In this document: positions 48,941 through 57,946 of the stretch, in pieces
Numbering within the stretch: position 1 is the first letter of the stretch
Layout of the letters: every line of letters begins with the position of its first letter
DNA from: Candidatus Eiseniibacteriota bacterium
Lineage (GTDB): Bacteria; Eisenbacteria; RBG-16-71-46
DNA: 64,000 nt
Reading direction: 5' to 3'
NCBI GenBank assembly: GCA_036522895.1
Contig: DATDEX010000279.1
Coordinates: forward strand, 5,793-69,792
Position numbers and translations under genes: made by a program
The notes under the pieces: model-generated
What the model saw: only the letters and a program-made list of their open reading frames with translations
Told to the model about the DNA's origin: nothing
The model's database searches: none

Positions 48941-50440
48941 ATGTCCAGGGCCACGAATCCATTTCCGTTCGCGTTGCCGCCGCGCCCACGGGGAGCGTCC
49001 GCCACGCGATGGCTCTACGAGTCGCTGCGTGCGGCGATCCTCGGGGGTCGCCTCGGAGTGGGCTCGCGGCTGCCCACGACGCGCGAGCTGGCGAAGCATT
49101 ACGGCCTCGCGCGCGGCACCGTGGTGACGGCGTTCGAGAACCTCAAAGCCGAGGGTTACGTGAGCGCCACGGTCGGCTCGGGCACCTACGTGGCCTGCGT
49201 GCTCCCCGAGAGCCTGCTCGTGGCGCCGCGCGCGGCGAGATCGCATGGCGCAGGGCCCCACGAGGCGAGGCGGCCCCGGCGACGACTCGCGGCACTTGCG
49301 CGCCGAACGAGCTTCCTGCCCGTTTACGACAAGGGGCCCACGCGCGCCTTTCGTATTGCCCAGCCAGCGCTCGACCTGTTCCCCACGACCCTCTGGGCGC
49401 GCGTGGCGTCCCGTCGGCTGCGGCTGGCGTCGGCCAAGCTGCTGCTCGGATGCGAGCCGCTGGGGTACGAGCCGTTGCGCGCGGCGATCGCCGAGTACCT
49501 CGTAGCCTCGCGCGGGGTGATGTGCTCGCCCGAGCAAGTGGCCATCGTTTCGGGAACGCTCCAGGCGATGAGCATCGTCGCGCGCTTGTTGATCGATCCG
49601 GGGGATCGCGCGGTGGTGGAGAGCCCGGGCTACATCGGCATGTGGCGCGCGCTCGAGGCCTCGGGCGCCACGATCGTGCCCGTGCCAGTGGACGACGAGG
49701 GGCTCGTCGTGGACGTGAGGCGCATGAAGCACGCGCGGCTCGTGTACGTGACGCCGGCGCATCAGCACCCGATGGGCGTGAGCATGAGCGTGACGCGCCG
49801 CCTGGCCTTGCTCGACTGGGCGGGCCGATCGGGCGCGACCATTTTCGAGGACGACTACGACAGCGAATATCGCTACAGCGGCCCGCCGATGCCGGCGCTG
49901 CAGGGGCTCGACCGGCACGGACGGGTGATCTTCGCCGGGAGCTTCAGCAAGGTGCTGTTCCCTTCGCTCCGGCTGGGCTACGTCGCACTGCCACCCGATC
50001 TCGTGGACCCGTTCGCATCGGTCGTGTCGGTGACCATGCGCCACGCGCCGCTACCCGATCAGGCCATCCTCGCCGAGTTCATCACGGGCGGGCACTTCGG
50101 CCGGCACATCCGCCGCATGCGCGAGGTGTACGCCGAGCGGCATGCCGCGCTCGTTTCGAGTGCCAAGGAAGAGCTTTCGGGCCTGCTCGACGTGTGCCCG
50201 ATCGAGGCGGGGCTACAGACCGTCGGGTGGCTGCCGGCAGGCGTCGACAGCAAGCGGGTGGCGGCGCTGGCCGCGGAGCGTGCCGTGGAGGTCAGGGTGA
50301 TCGATCCGGGGAAGGGCGGGCGCGCGGTGCGGCACGCGCTGCAGCTTGGGTTCGCGGCCGTGGATGCGGCGGAGATTCGGCGAGGGGTCCGGGTGCTGCG
50401 GGAGGTGGTGGGTGGCGTGGTGGCGAAGGGCGAACGATAG
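48941..50440 (+). CDS. MocR-like (GntR-HTH + PLP aminotransferase-fold) transcriptional regulator
   Basis: Start at MSRATNPF. 'LYESLRAAILGGRLGVGSRLPTTRELAKHYGLARGTVVTAFENLKAEGYV' is the GntR HTH. The C-terminal domain is class-I aminotransferase-like (YVTPAHQHPMGVSMS, FAGSFSK). Confidence 0.8.
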   Translation: MSRATNPFPFALPPRPRGASATRWLYESLRAAILGGRLGVGSRLPTTRELAKHYGLARGTVVTAFENLKAEGYVSATVGSGTYVACVLPESLLVAPRAARSHGAGPHEARRPRRRLAALARRTSFLPVYDKGPTRAFRIAQPALDLFPTTLWARVASRRLRLASAKLLLGCEPLGYEPLRAAIAEYLVASRGVMCSPEQVAIVSGTLQAMSIVARLLIDPGDRAVVESPGYIGMWRALEASGATIVPVPVDDEGLVVDVRRMKHARLVYVTPAHQHPMGVSMSVTRRLALLDWAGRSGATIFEDDYDSEYRYSGPPMPALQGLDRHGRVIFAGSFSKVLFPSLRLGYVALPPDLVDPFASVVSVTMRHAPLPDQAILAEFITGGHFGRHIRRMREVYAERHAALVSSAKEELSGLLDVCPIEAGLQTVGWLPAGVDSKRVAALAAERAVEVRVIDPGKGGRAVRHALQLGFAAVDAAEIRRGVRVLREVVGGVVAKGER

Positions 50441-50699
50441 GGCGGGTTCGAATGGGCTGACGAATTCCGAGGCGGGGGGCCCGCGGCTCGGGGACAGTGT
50501 GCGGACCAATGCCGGAGACGCTCTCATAACCGATGGGCCGAGATCTGGGACACTCCTTGGCGACTACGCCAATTGGCGGTCCTATTACCCATTAAGTGGG
50601 CAGCAGATAGCCCTTCCAATGGCGCGGGAGGACTGGCGCAGCCCAGAGCCTCTATAGTGGCATCACGACACCGTATTCAGACGCTGAATCCAACGGAGA

Positions 50700-51773
50700 T
50701 TGCCGATGCCTTCACCCGCACCCTCGACGTTCAAGCCGGTTTGGCTCATCCGAGCAGGGCTCCATGGCGAGGACGAGCACGACTCCTTGGCCTCGGGTCT
50801 AGGAATCATCGGGTTTCACAGCGTGCCCTCGCTCGAGGGCGTGAAAGGTGCGGACGAGGTACTGGCCAAGGTCGAACGGCAGAGCCCCGGGGACAAGGTC
50901 GCTCGCACACGGAACCGCGCCGCTCAACTTACCGCCTTCGTGCTCAAGATGGAGGTCGGTGACACCGTGGTCATGCCGCTCAAGTCCTCACGCTCCCAAA
51001 TCGCCTTTGGACGCATCGCGGGCCCGTACGCATACAAGAAGGTCGGTGATGCCCTCCGCCACGTTCGTCCGATTGAATGGGTGCGTCCCGACGTCCCTCG
51101 TTCCACATTGGCACAAGATCTTCTCTACTCGCTGGGCGCGTTCATGACGGTCTGCCAGGTCACCCGCAATGGCGCCGAGCGCCGGCTTGCCGCCGTGCTC
51201 CGGGGCGGCGTAGACCCGGGGCTGGGCGAGGGGCCCGACGCACACCGGTCTGAGCCGGTCGAGGAGGTCGGGGACGATCCCGCGTTGCTCAACGTCGCAG
51301 AGGCGGCAGAAGACCAAATCGTCTCGCGCATCCAAGCCAAGTTCCGTGAGCACGACCTTGCACGTCTGGTCGACGCCATTCTTCGAGCAGAGGACTACGA
51401 GACGGCCGTATCGCCTCCCGGGCCTGATGGTGGTGTCGATATCCTCGCCGGGCGTGGCGCCCTGGGTCTCGAGGGACAGCATCTCTGCGTGCAGGTGAAG
51501 TCTTCGATGGATCCTTCGGACGTGAAGGTTTTCCGTGAGCTGAAAGGAACCATGGATTCCTTCAAGGCGGACGTGGGCTTGCTCGTGTCGTGGGGCGGGT
51601 TCACTAGGGCGCTTCGACAGGAAGCGCGGCAGAGTTACTTCAAAGTGCGGCTGTGGGGGGCAGGCGAGCTATTGCAGGCGGTCTACCGGAACTACGACCG
51701 CTTGTCGGAGGAGATTCAAGCAGAGCTGCCGCTCAAGCGCGTGTGGGCACTGGTCGGGGAGGAGTTGGAGTAG
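50700..51773 (+). CDS. mrr: Mrr-like restriction endonuclease (Mrr_N + Mrr_cat, PD-(D/E)xK)
   Basis: 357 aa. The C-terminal block 'PGPDGGVDILAGRGALGLEGQHLCVQVKSS' is the Mrr catalytic-core signature (D...QxK). It lies first in the lower-GC island. Confidence 0.65.
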   Translation: MPMPSPAPSTFKPVWLIRAGLHGEDEHDSLASGLGIIGFHSVPSLEGVKGADEVLAKVERQSPGDKVARTRNRAAQLTAFVLKMEVGDTVVMPLKSSRSQIAFGRIAGPYAYKKVGDALRHVRPIEWVRPDVPRSTLAQDLLYSLGAFMTVCQVTRNGAERRLAAVLRGGVDPGLGEGPDAHRSEPVEEVGDDPALLNVAEAAEDQIVSRIQAKFREHDLARLVDAILRAEDYETAVSPPGPDGGVDILAGRGALGLEGQHLCVQVKSSMDPSDVKVFRELKGTMDSFKADVGLLVSWGGFTRALRQEARQSYFKVRLWGAGELLQAVYRNYDRLSEEIQAELPLKRVWALVGEELE

Positions 51774-51774
51774 C

Positions 51775-51921
51775 AAGGGCACGCCACGCGGCGGATGAGC
51801 GGTTGCTGGAGCCGAGCGGCGCGTTTGAGGCGCTGCAATAGATGCTCGGTCAGTCGTCCATCGTGAAGACTCAGCTCCACGCTTGGATCAGCGACGTCAT
51901 GGTGTGGCGAGAGGTGGAGTG
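51775..51921 (+). pseudogene. tyrosine-integrase 3' remnant
   Basis: '...GAFEALQ*MLGQSSIVKTQLHAWISDVMVWREVE' aligns to the intact integrase C-terminus 'AALQQMLGHSSIVTTQRCARISDDMVRRDVE'. It has an internal TAG and the catalytic position is lost. Confidence 0.4.
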
Positions 51922-52317
51922 ATTGGAGATGGGGGCGAGCTAGTTCCAGTCCGTTGCATGGGATCGGGGGGGCGTGGACTTCAAGATGGAGGGGGGACTC
52001 GTTCGGTGGCTGCTATGCCGAATCAATGTCACCGACGCGGGATCAGCTGGGCCCCGAGAAGCGGGTTCTGAGCTTCATGTTCTCGTTCGAGGAGCCGCTG
52101 AAACTCAAGACCTCGATTGATGACGCGGCGCTCGGGCTCGATCGCGTGAACGGGACTGGGGCAGGAGGGAAGCAGGCCGCCGTCAGGTTCAACATCCGTC
52201 TCGAGGACTTCCGGTTCCACTCCATGCAGGGGAAGCTGCTGGGCGGTACTGCCGGCAATCGCAGGAAGCCTCCCGAACCCGAAGAGGGTGAGTAAGGACC
52301 GCCAATCTGCAGCCAGC

Positions 52318-52416
52318 GTTGTAGCCAGTGCCCTCCGTCGAGCTTGCCCCCCCCGCAACTTCGTGTAAACACGCCGACGGAGAGGTGCGAGAGCGGGTGA
52401 ATCGGGCGGTCTCGAA
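52318..52416 (+). repeat. conserved ~100-bp module, copy 1 (downstream of integrase remnant)
   Basis: 'gttgtagccagtgccctccgtcg...cttcgtgtaaacacg...cGGAGAGGTGCGAGAGCGGGTGAATCGGGCGGTCTCGAA'. It is followed by hairpin 52488-52520 (gagccccatgggg/ccccgtggggctc). Confidence 0.6.
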
Positions 52417-52732
52417 GCGGGTCGCTAGCAGAAAACAATACCTTCGCAGCAGACCGTCGAAGGCATTGCGCACCAATAGAATCTCGAGAGCCCCATGGGG
52501 TTGCGACCCCGTGGGGCTCCCTGGCTTTCGGGCATGTACGGGCCGTGGCGGGCGGATTCGGGCGCTGAAACGGTAGCAATCCTGTAGCGGCAACCGGCCA
52601 AGGAATCAGCCGGTCTTGAAGCTGCCGGAGCCTATGGTCGACGAGCCACGTGCGCGGCGTCTGGGAGGATGCCGTTCGGGCCCAGCCATAAATACCTTGC
52701 AAGTACGGCGTAGGTACGCTATCTTTTGCGGC

Positions 52733-53287
52733 ATGACTAAGAAGCCAGTAGCTACGCAACGCGCCCTCCCGGCGAGGCTTGAGGAGCTTCGGGCGTGGGC
52801 TGGGGGAACTGAGCAGGAAATCAGCGAGCTGGTCGGCTCAATGGCGCCCCTTCAGGAACGACTCGAGGCGGCGCGTGAGCGGCTGGACCTCATCAGACGC
52901 CTGATCGGCTTGGCGGAACGAGATGCCTCAGGGCGCGCAGGGGAACAGCACCAGGTCGAGGGGCGCCGCCGAGACGCGAATCAGCCTGAAGTGGTCCTGT
53001 CGACGCCGCGGGCGGGGGGTGATGTGGAAGATCATATCGAGGGGATCCTCGAAGCCGCCGGCGAGCCGGTTCACATCCGCGATATCCGCCAAGCCCTGAT
53101 CGAGCGGGGGGTTCCACTGCCGGGGCGAGGCGACGAGGCAAATCTCATCGTACGCCTGCGCCGAGACGCAGGTCGCTTCACCCGCACAGGAAGAGGCAAG
53201 TACGCATTGTCAAAATGGGGATTGGCGGCTGTCGAACCGTCGAAGACACGAAGGGTAGTACGCAAGAAGAGCGGAGTCTCGAGATGA
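52733..53287 (+). CDS. HARE-HTH (winged-helix) domain protein with N-terminal coiled coil
   Basis: Start ATG 52733 (MTKKPVAT). The C-terminal block 'IEGILEAAGEPVHIRDIRQALIERGVPLPGRGDEANLIVRLRRDAGRFTRTGRGKYALSKWG' fits the HARE-HTH pattern found in restriction-system and RpoE-delta proteins. It is first in a 3-gene operon. Confidence 0.45.
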   Translation: MTKKPVATQRALPARLEELRAWAGGTEQEISELVGSMAPLQERLEAARERLDLIRRLIGLAERDASGRAGEQHQVEGRRRDANQPEVVLSTPRAGGDVEDHIEGILEAAGEPVHIRDIRQALIERGVPLPGRGDEANLIVRLRRDAGRFTRTGRGKYALSKWGLAAVEPSKTRRVVRKKSGVSR

Positions 53288-53886
53288 CGCCAGCTGAAGA
53301 GATCGCGAACTGGGAAATATTTCTATGGGTGCTACAAAGACTCGGGGGTTCGACTGGTCTGGTCGACGTCGAGACCGTATTTTACGACTGTTTCCAAGTG
53401 GCCCCGCAGCGATTCTCCTGGCGAACTCGAGCAGACCTGCCGGACTACAAGAAGTGCTCAAAGGCTCTCCGGGATGCAGAAGCCCGCAAGCCCAGGCTCC
53501 TCGTCAAGACTGGGGACAGTTTCAAGCGCCAGCTGACAGTGGAAGGGCAACAGTGGGTCGAGGCGAATCAGGGTCGCCTTCAGAGGCTGTTGGAGAGCGG
53601 TCGCGTCATTCAGGAGCCCAAGCATCGCCCGAGGGCACGCCACCTCGCTGAAGTGGAACGGAGCGCCGAGTTTCTGCAGTGGCAAACAGCGGGGGTCTTG
53701 CCGGATGAAAAATGGCGGGTCGCCGAGCTCCTTCTGTGTTCGCCCGACAGTGACCCAAGAATCTGGAGAGATCGCCTCGACGTGCTAAGGAGCGGCGCGT
53801 ATGCCGGCGGAAAGAGCGATGTCTTGAGGTTTCTCGAAGAGTTGGTCGAGGCACATCACACCTGGTTCGAGGGAGTTCGGGAATGA
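53284..53886 (+). CDS. hypothetical protein (operon partner, no recognisable domain)
   Basis: 200 aa from ATG 53284. It overlaps the upstream stop by 4 nt (ATGA) and the downstream start by 4 nt (ATGA). Confidence 0.4.
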   Translation: MTPAEEIANWEIFLWVLQRLGGSTGLVDVETVFYDCFQVAPQRFSWRTRADLPDYKKCSKALRDAEARKPRLLVKTGDSFKRQLTVEGQQWVEANQGRLQRLLESGRVIQEPKHRPRARHLAEVERSAEFLQWQTAGVLPDEKWRVAELLLCSPDSDPRIWRDRLDVLRSGAYAGGKSDVLRFLEELVEAHHTWFEGVRE

Positions 53887-56072
53887 AAGAGAAACGTGGC
53901 CAAGTCCACTATGGAGGGCGTGCATTTCACCAGGACGCCACCGAAGCCATGCGTGGCGACATCATCCGGGCCCTCATTGAAACAATAACGAACTCCGACG
54001 ATGCCTACGCAGACGCACACGGAAAGATTCGGGTTGAAGTCGAGCACCGGCGCGGCCCGTGGAGAGTTATCACGCGAGATCGCGCAAAGGGTATGCGCAG
54101 CGCCCGGATGGAGGAGGCGTTCGTTCATCTCGGCGGACGTACCTCTGGCTTTGAACGCGGCGAAAACGTGCGAGGCAATCTTGGCCGAGGGGCGAAGGAT
54201 CTCGCGGCTTTCGGAAACGTGGTCTTCGAGAGCATCTGTGAGAACAGGTATTCCAAGATGACGCTCGAGACCACTGGAGCCTACTGCCTAAGTCCAGAGA
54301 GAAGTGCGGTGGAAACGGATCGAGTTGGGCTCGGCATACCGAAGGGCAGCGGAACGGTCGTCACGATGAACGTGAGCCCTAACATTCGCTGCCCGCAGCA
54401 CGCCCGTCTCACAGAGAAGCTGAAGAAGCATTTTCAGCTTCGCGACATCCTCGCTGATTCGAGAAGAGAGGTTCAGCTTGTCGACTTAAATGACGACTCC
54501 TCTGTGACGCTTCATTCAGCGCACTCGGCCCTGCCCATCGTGTATTCGGACAAGCTCACAATCAAGGAATACCCCGAGGCTAGCGCCGTTGTCACAATCT
54601 GCCGCAATCCTGAGCGCTTTGACGAGCCCGCCTCTGATCCGTACCGACCAGGAGGGCTCTTGATCAAAGGACGCAGGGCGATTTACCAAAACACGTACTT
54701 TCGCTTCGAAAACAATCCGCATGCGGGCTGGTTCTCAGGCCGAGTCGAGTGTGTCTACATTGACAAGCTGGCAAGCGAATATGATGAGCGGCTGGAGTAT
54801 GGCTTGTCCCAAGATGAACGGAACCCAATACCGATTATCACAAGAAGGCGTGATGGGCTCCAAGAGACTCACCCATTCTTCAAATCGCTCGCAGCCGCGG
54901 TCGAGGGGCCCCTGGGAACGCTGATCGCTGAGGAAGAGCGCAAGTCTCGGGAGTCGGCGTCGCACGAAGGCACAAGAATGCGCCGAATGCTTGACACTCT
55001 GGGAAGGGACCTGGCGCGGCTCGTCGATGAGGATCTAAGGGAAATCGAGGAGGATGGCCTTGGCGGGGGACGAGATGGGGATGAGGGAGTTCCGGCAATC
55101 AGGTTGATTCCTGAACAAGCCGTGCTCTACATGGGCGAGAACAAGACGCTGACTGTCCAGGTTCGCGCGGACGTGGGGGCAGCGCGGGTAACGGCAGAGG
55201 TGGAACCCGGCGGGGTGGTGGAGCTCGTCGATGCTGAGGAGATACCACTATCCCCACACAGGCGAAGGCCGGGCGTTCTGAGCGGACAGGTGCATGTCCA
55301 GCCGCTATTGGAAGATGCTGAGACCCTTCTGACCGTCAAAGCGGCTGGTGTCTCCGCTGTCGCCTTGATTGAGGTGAGGCCGGAGAGGGAGGTGGTTGAG
55401 GTTCCGGTGGTGCCGCCCAAGTCCCTCCAGTTCGAGCGGGACAGTTGTCGCGTGACATGGACAAAGAAGAAGAGACTGCGCCTGATTGCGCCCGCAGAGG
55501 TTGTGGCAAGCGAGGGCAAAGAGGTGCAGGTCACGTCGTCCGATCCGGGTGTTGTAGTCATCAGACAACGCACGAGGCTTGAGCTCGATGAAGCAGTCGA
55601 GTACTACTGTGCCGAAGTAGCCGTGGAGGGGAGAACGCTCGGGGCGAAGGCGACCCTTCGAGCGGTCCTCAATGAGCTCGAGGCAACATGCAACGTTCTT
55701 GTCGCACGAGACGATGAGGGTCCCAACTTGATGATAAAGGTGGTCGACGAAGAGGCTGGCAACAATCGAGCAATCGTCGAGACCGATGGAAAAAGAACCG
55801 CAATCAAGATCATGGGCCGTCATCCAGCCCTGAAGCGGTACCGTGGCCCCGCACCCGACTTTCCTGGCGATGACCTCATCGCCACACAGTGCATGACCGC
55901 AGAGATAGTTGCCGGGGAGGCCGCGCGCATCGTTATGGAGCGCAAGTTCCCATTCGGGGCGGGTGCGGAGAATCTGGACGCGGCGCGGCTATACGTCGAG
56001 CATCACCGATACCTCACCAAATACCTTGCGCGGTGTCATCGAGCCCTGGTGCCCGACGCAAGCCTGAAGTAG
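53883..56072 (+). CDS. GHKL-superfamily ATPase (MORC/HSP90-like Bergerat fold) with long C-terminal extension
   Basis: 729 aa. The N-box 'IIRALIETITNSDDAYADA' matches E(L/I)IxN(A/S)xDA of MORC/HSP90/MutL. The G-box-like 'NLGRGAKDLAAFG' follows at the expected ~60-aa spacing. The C-terminal ~450 aa is unassigned (possible Ig-like beta domains). Confidence 0.5.
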   Translation: MKEKRGQVHYGGRAFHQDATEAMRGDIIRALIETITNSDDAYADAHGKIRVEVEHRRGPWRVITRDRAKGMRSARMEEAFVHLGGRTSGFERGENVRGNLGRGAKDLAAFGNVVFESICENRYSKMTLETTGAYCLSPERSAVETDRVGLGIPKGSGTVVTMNVSPNIRCPQHARLTEKLKKHFQLRDILADSRREVQLVDLNDDSSVTLHSAHSALPIVYSDKLTIKEYPEASAVVTICRNPERFDEPASDPYRPGGLLIKGRRAIYQNTYFRFENNPHAGWFSGRVECVYIDKLASEYDERLEYGLSQDERNPIPIITRRRDGLQETHPFFKSLAAAVEGPLGTLIAEEERKSRESASHEGTRMRRMLDTLGRDLARLVDEDLREIEEDGLGGGRDGDEGVPAIRLIPEQAVLYMGENKTLTVQVRADVGAARVTAEVEPGGVVELVDAEEIPLSPHRRRPGVLSGQVHVQPLLEDAETLLTVKAAGVSAVALIEVRPEREVVEVPVVPPKSLQFERDSCRVTWTKKKRLRLIAPAEVVASEGKEVQVTSSDPGVVVIRQRTRLELDEAVEYYCAEVAVEGRTLGAKATLRAVLNELEATCNVLVARDDEGPNLMIKVVDEEAGNNRAIVETDGKRTAIKIMGRHPALKRYRGPAPDFPGDDLIATQCMTAEIVAGEAARIVMERKFPFGAGAENLDAARLYVEHHRYLTKYLARCHRALVPDASLK

Positions 56073-56119
56073 TGCAACGTTCGCGGGTTATCGCAGCGGC
56101 CCCGAGAATGAGGCCACAT

Positions 56120-56252
56120 CGTGGCAAAACCAGTCATTGGTGTTAGCCCCCGGGTGCTCGTGTGGGCCCGCGAGAGATTCGGCGTCTCAATAGCCGACGT
56201 CGCCGAGACTGTGAAGACCGACCCGAGAGTTGTCTCGGATTGGGTGCTCTGA
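56120..56252 (+). pseudogene. 5' fragment of an HTH (ImmA/IrrE- or XRE-partner-like) gene truncated by IS insertion
   Basis: 'VAKPVIGVSPRVLVWARERFGVSIADVAETVKTDPRVVSDWV' resembles N-terminal HTH segments of ImmA/IrrE-family regulators. The reading frame ends at the IS3 left end. Confidence 0.25.
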
Positions 56253-57511
56253 CCCCTATTTCGTGAGACACCCGCTGACCGTTTCTGACGTCTGTTCGCG
56301 CCGGTATTCGAGCGGGCTCCGGTAGCCCAGCGCCGAGTGCGGCGCGTGTTGGTTGTAGTCCGTGATCCAGCCCGGGATCCGCTCCAGCACCCCCGCCGCC
56401 GAACTCCAGTCGGCCCCATCCGGGTGGTCCCGGCGCAGGGTGTTTTCGAGCGCCTCCGACATCACATTCGACTCTGGGCTCGCAACTGGAGTCGTGATCG
56501 GCGTCAGGCTCAGCTTCTCCGCCGCGATCACCGTTTCGAGCGAGGCGTAGATCCCTTCGTTGTCACCGAGGCATCGCACTGGCTCCGTCGGCTTCTCGTT
56601 CCCGAAGCGCGAGAACTCGGGCTGCCGTATCAGCCGGCGGTTGTCGGCGCCGTCGATCGGTCGGGCCTCCGCGACCACCGCGATCGCCTCCCGATCGCAA
56701 CAGTCGAGCGCGAACGCCAACTCGACGATCTCCCCGTTCCAGCACGCGATCGTCATCTTGTCGCTGCACCAGGCTGGTTCGAGCCCGGCATCGTCACCAC
56801 GCCACGATGCGGACGACCGTTCCGACGTCGCCGCCGCACGGCTAGGGCGAGCCCGGTCAGCCGCATCAGCCGCTGGATGCGCTTGCGGTTGTAGCCCGCC
56901 CCATATGCCCGATTGACCAGCACCGTGGCCCGCCGGTACCCGTAACTGCCCCGATCGCGCAGCACCGCCTTCAACTGGGCGTAGACTACGGCATCGTCAC
57001 GCCGATGGTAGCGTCGGGCGCGCGGTCCGCGCTCCCGCTACGCCGTCGCCCGGGCAATCCCGAGCACCCGGCTGATCCGTGCCAACGGCCGGCCGGTCAC
57101 CGCGCGGACACCCCGCAGAAGCGTGATATTTTTCTACCTCGTCACGCGCCGCGCGCAGGATCTCCGGGTCCACGGCCTTTTTCCCGATCAGACGCTCGAG
57201 CTCGCGGATCTTCTGCTGCGCCGCCCGCAGTTCGCTCGCCGGCACCACGTCCTCGTTGGCCGCGACCACGGTCTCGCCGCCCTGGGCGATATCAGGTGCT
57301 TCCGCCGCTGCAACAAGCTGCGCGAAATGCCAAGCTCCCGGCTCAACTCCGAGATCGTGACCTCGCCCCGCGCCAACCGGGCGACCTGCTCACGCTTGAA
57401 CTCCGGCGAGAACAACCGCCGCCCGTCCGAACCCCGTGGAACGCTCTCCATGACACCCTCCTCGGTACCCGGATGGTACCTCGTGAAGATGTCTCGCCGA
57501 ATCGGGGGTCA
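56252..57511 (-). mobile_element. IS3-family insertion sequence, degenerate (orfA/orfB fragmented)
   Basis: OrfA pieces 57451..57188 (RRLFSPEFKREQVARLARGEVTISELSRELGISRSLLQ) and 57269..56997 (ELRAAQQKIRELERLIGKKAVDPEIL). OrfB pieces 56974..56753 and 56756..56256 (rve core ...YNQHAPHSALGYRSPLEY). Imperfect terminal inverted repeats: left 'tgacccctatttcgtgagacaccc', right '...tgtctcgccgaatcgggggtca'. There are extra frameshifts beyond the programmed one. Confidence 0.6.
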
Positions 57512-57523
57512 GGGCAGGGTGTC

Positions 57524-57647
57524 GCTCTGGGCGTTGCAGCAGCTGCTCGGGCACTCCACCGGGGTCATGACGCAGCGCTACTCCCGACTCGGTGACGACG
57601 CAGTCCGCCTCGAGGCCGGGAGGGCCGTTTCAAGGGGCAGGTTGTAG
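57524..57647 (+). pseudogene. tyrosine-integrase 3' fragment (abuts IS3 right end)
   Basis: 'VSLWALQQLLGHSTGVMTQRYSRLGDDAVRLEAGR' matches an integrase C-terminus including the catalytic Tyr context (TQRY). The 5' portion is absent. Confidence 0.5.
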
Positions 57648-57754
57648 CAGAAGTTGTAGCAGCGCCCTCCGCGCGCGTTTGCGTGAACCCCATAAGTTCG
57701 TGTAAGAGCACGCGTGGAGAGGTGCGAGAGCGGTTGAATCGGGCGGTCTCGCAA
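57641..57754 (+). repeat. conserved ~100-bp module, copy 2
   Basis: 'gttgtagcagaagttgtagcagcgccctccgcgcg...gttcgtgtaagagcacg...tGGAGAGGTGCGAGAGCGGTTGAATCGGGCGGTCTCGCAA'. It is followed by hairpin 57824-57857. Confidence 0.6.
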
Positions 57755-57946
57755 TCACGAACGAATACAAACGATACAATTCCGATCTGCTACTAGATGG
57801 GGCGTCGCCAAGCGCTAAATGCAAGGGCCAGAGGGGGCTACAAACCCTTTCGGCCCTTTGCTATGGTGGGCGGTGGGAATCGCTGGGAGCAGGTTGGAGT
57901 GCGGATGCTGTAGCCGGATCTGTAGCCAACAAGGGTTTAGGCACGC

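Noticed and set aside
52043-52759. 238-aa minus-strand ORF and several 60-130-aa ORFs between the Mrr gene and the HARE-HTH gene
   Set aside because: They have no coding periodicity or motifs. The region is occupied by the integrase remnant, the conserved module and a hairpin, so these are more likely non-coding.
57123-57647. 174-aa + strand ORF spanning the IS3 element and integrase fragment
   Set aside because: It is a chimeric read-through. Only its last ~40 codons (after the IS right end) are integrase-like, and the rest is antisense of IS3 orfA.
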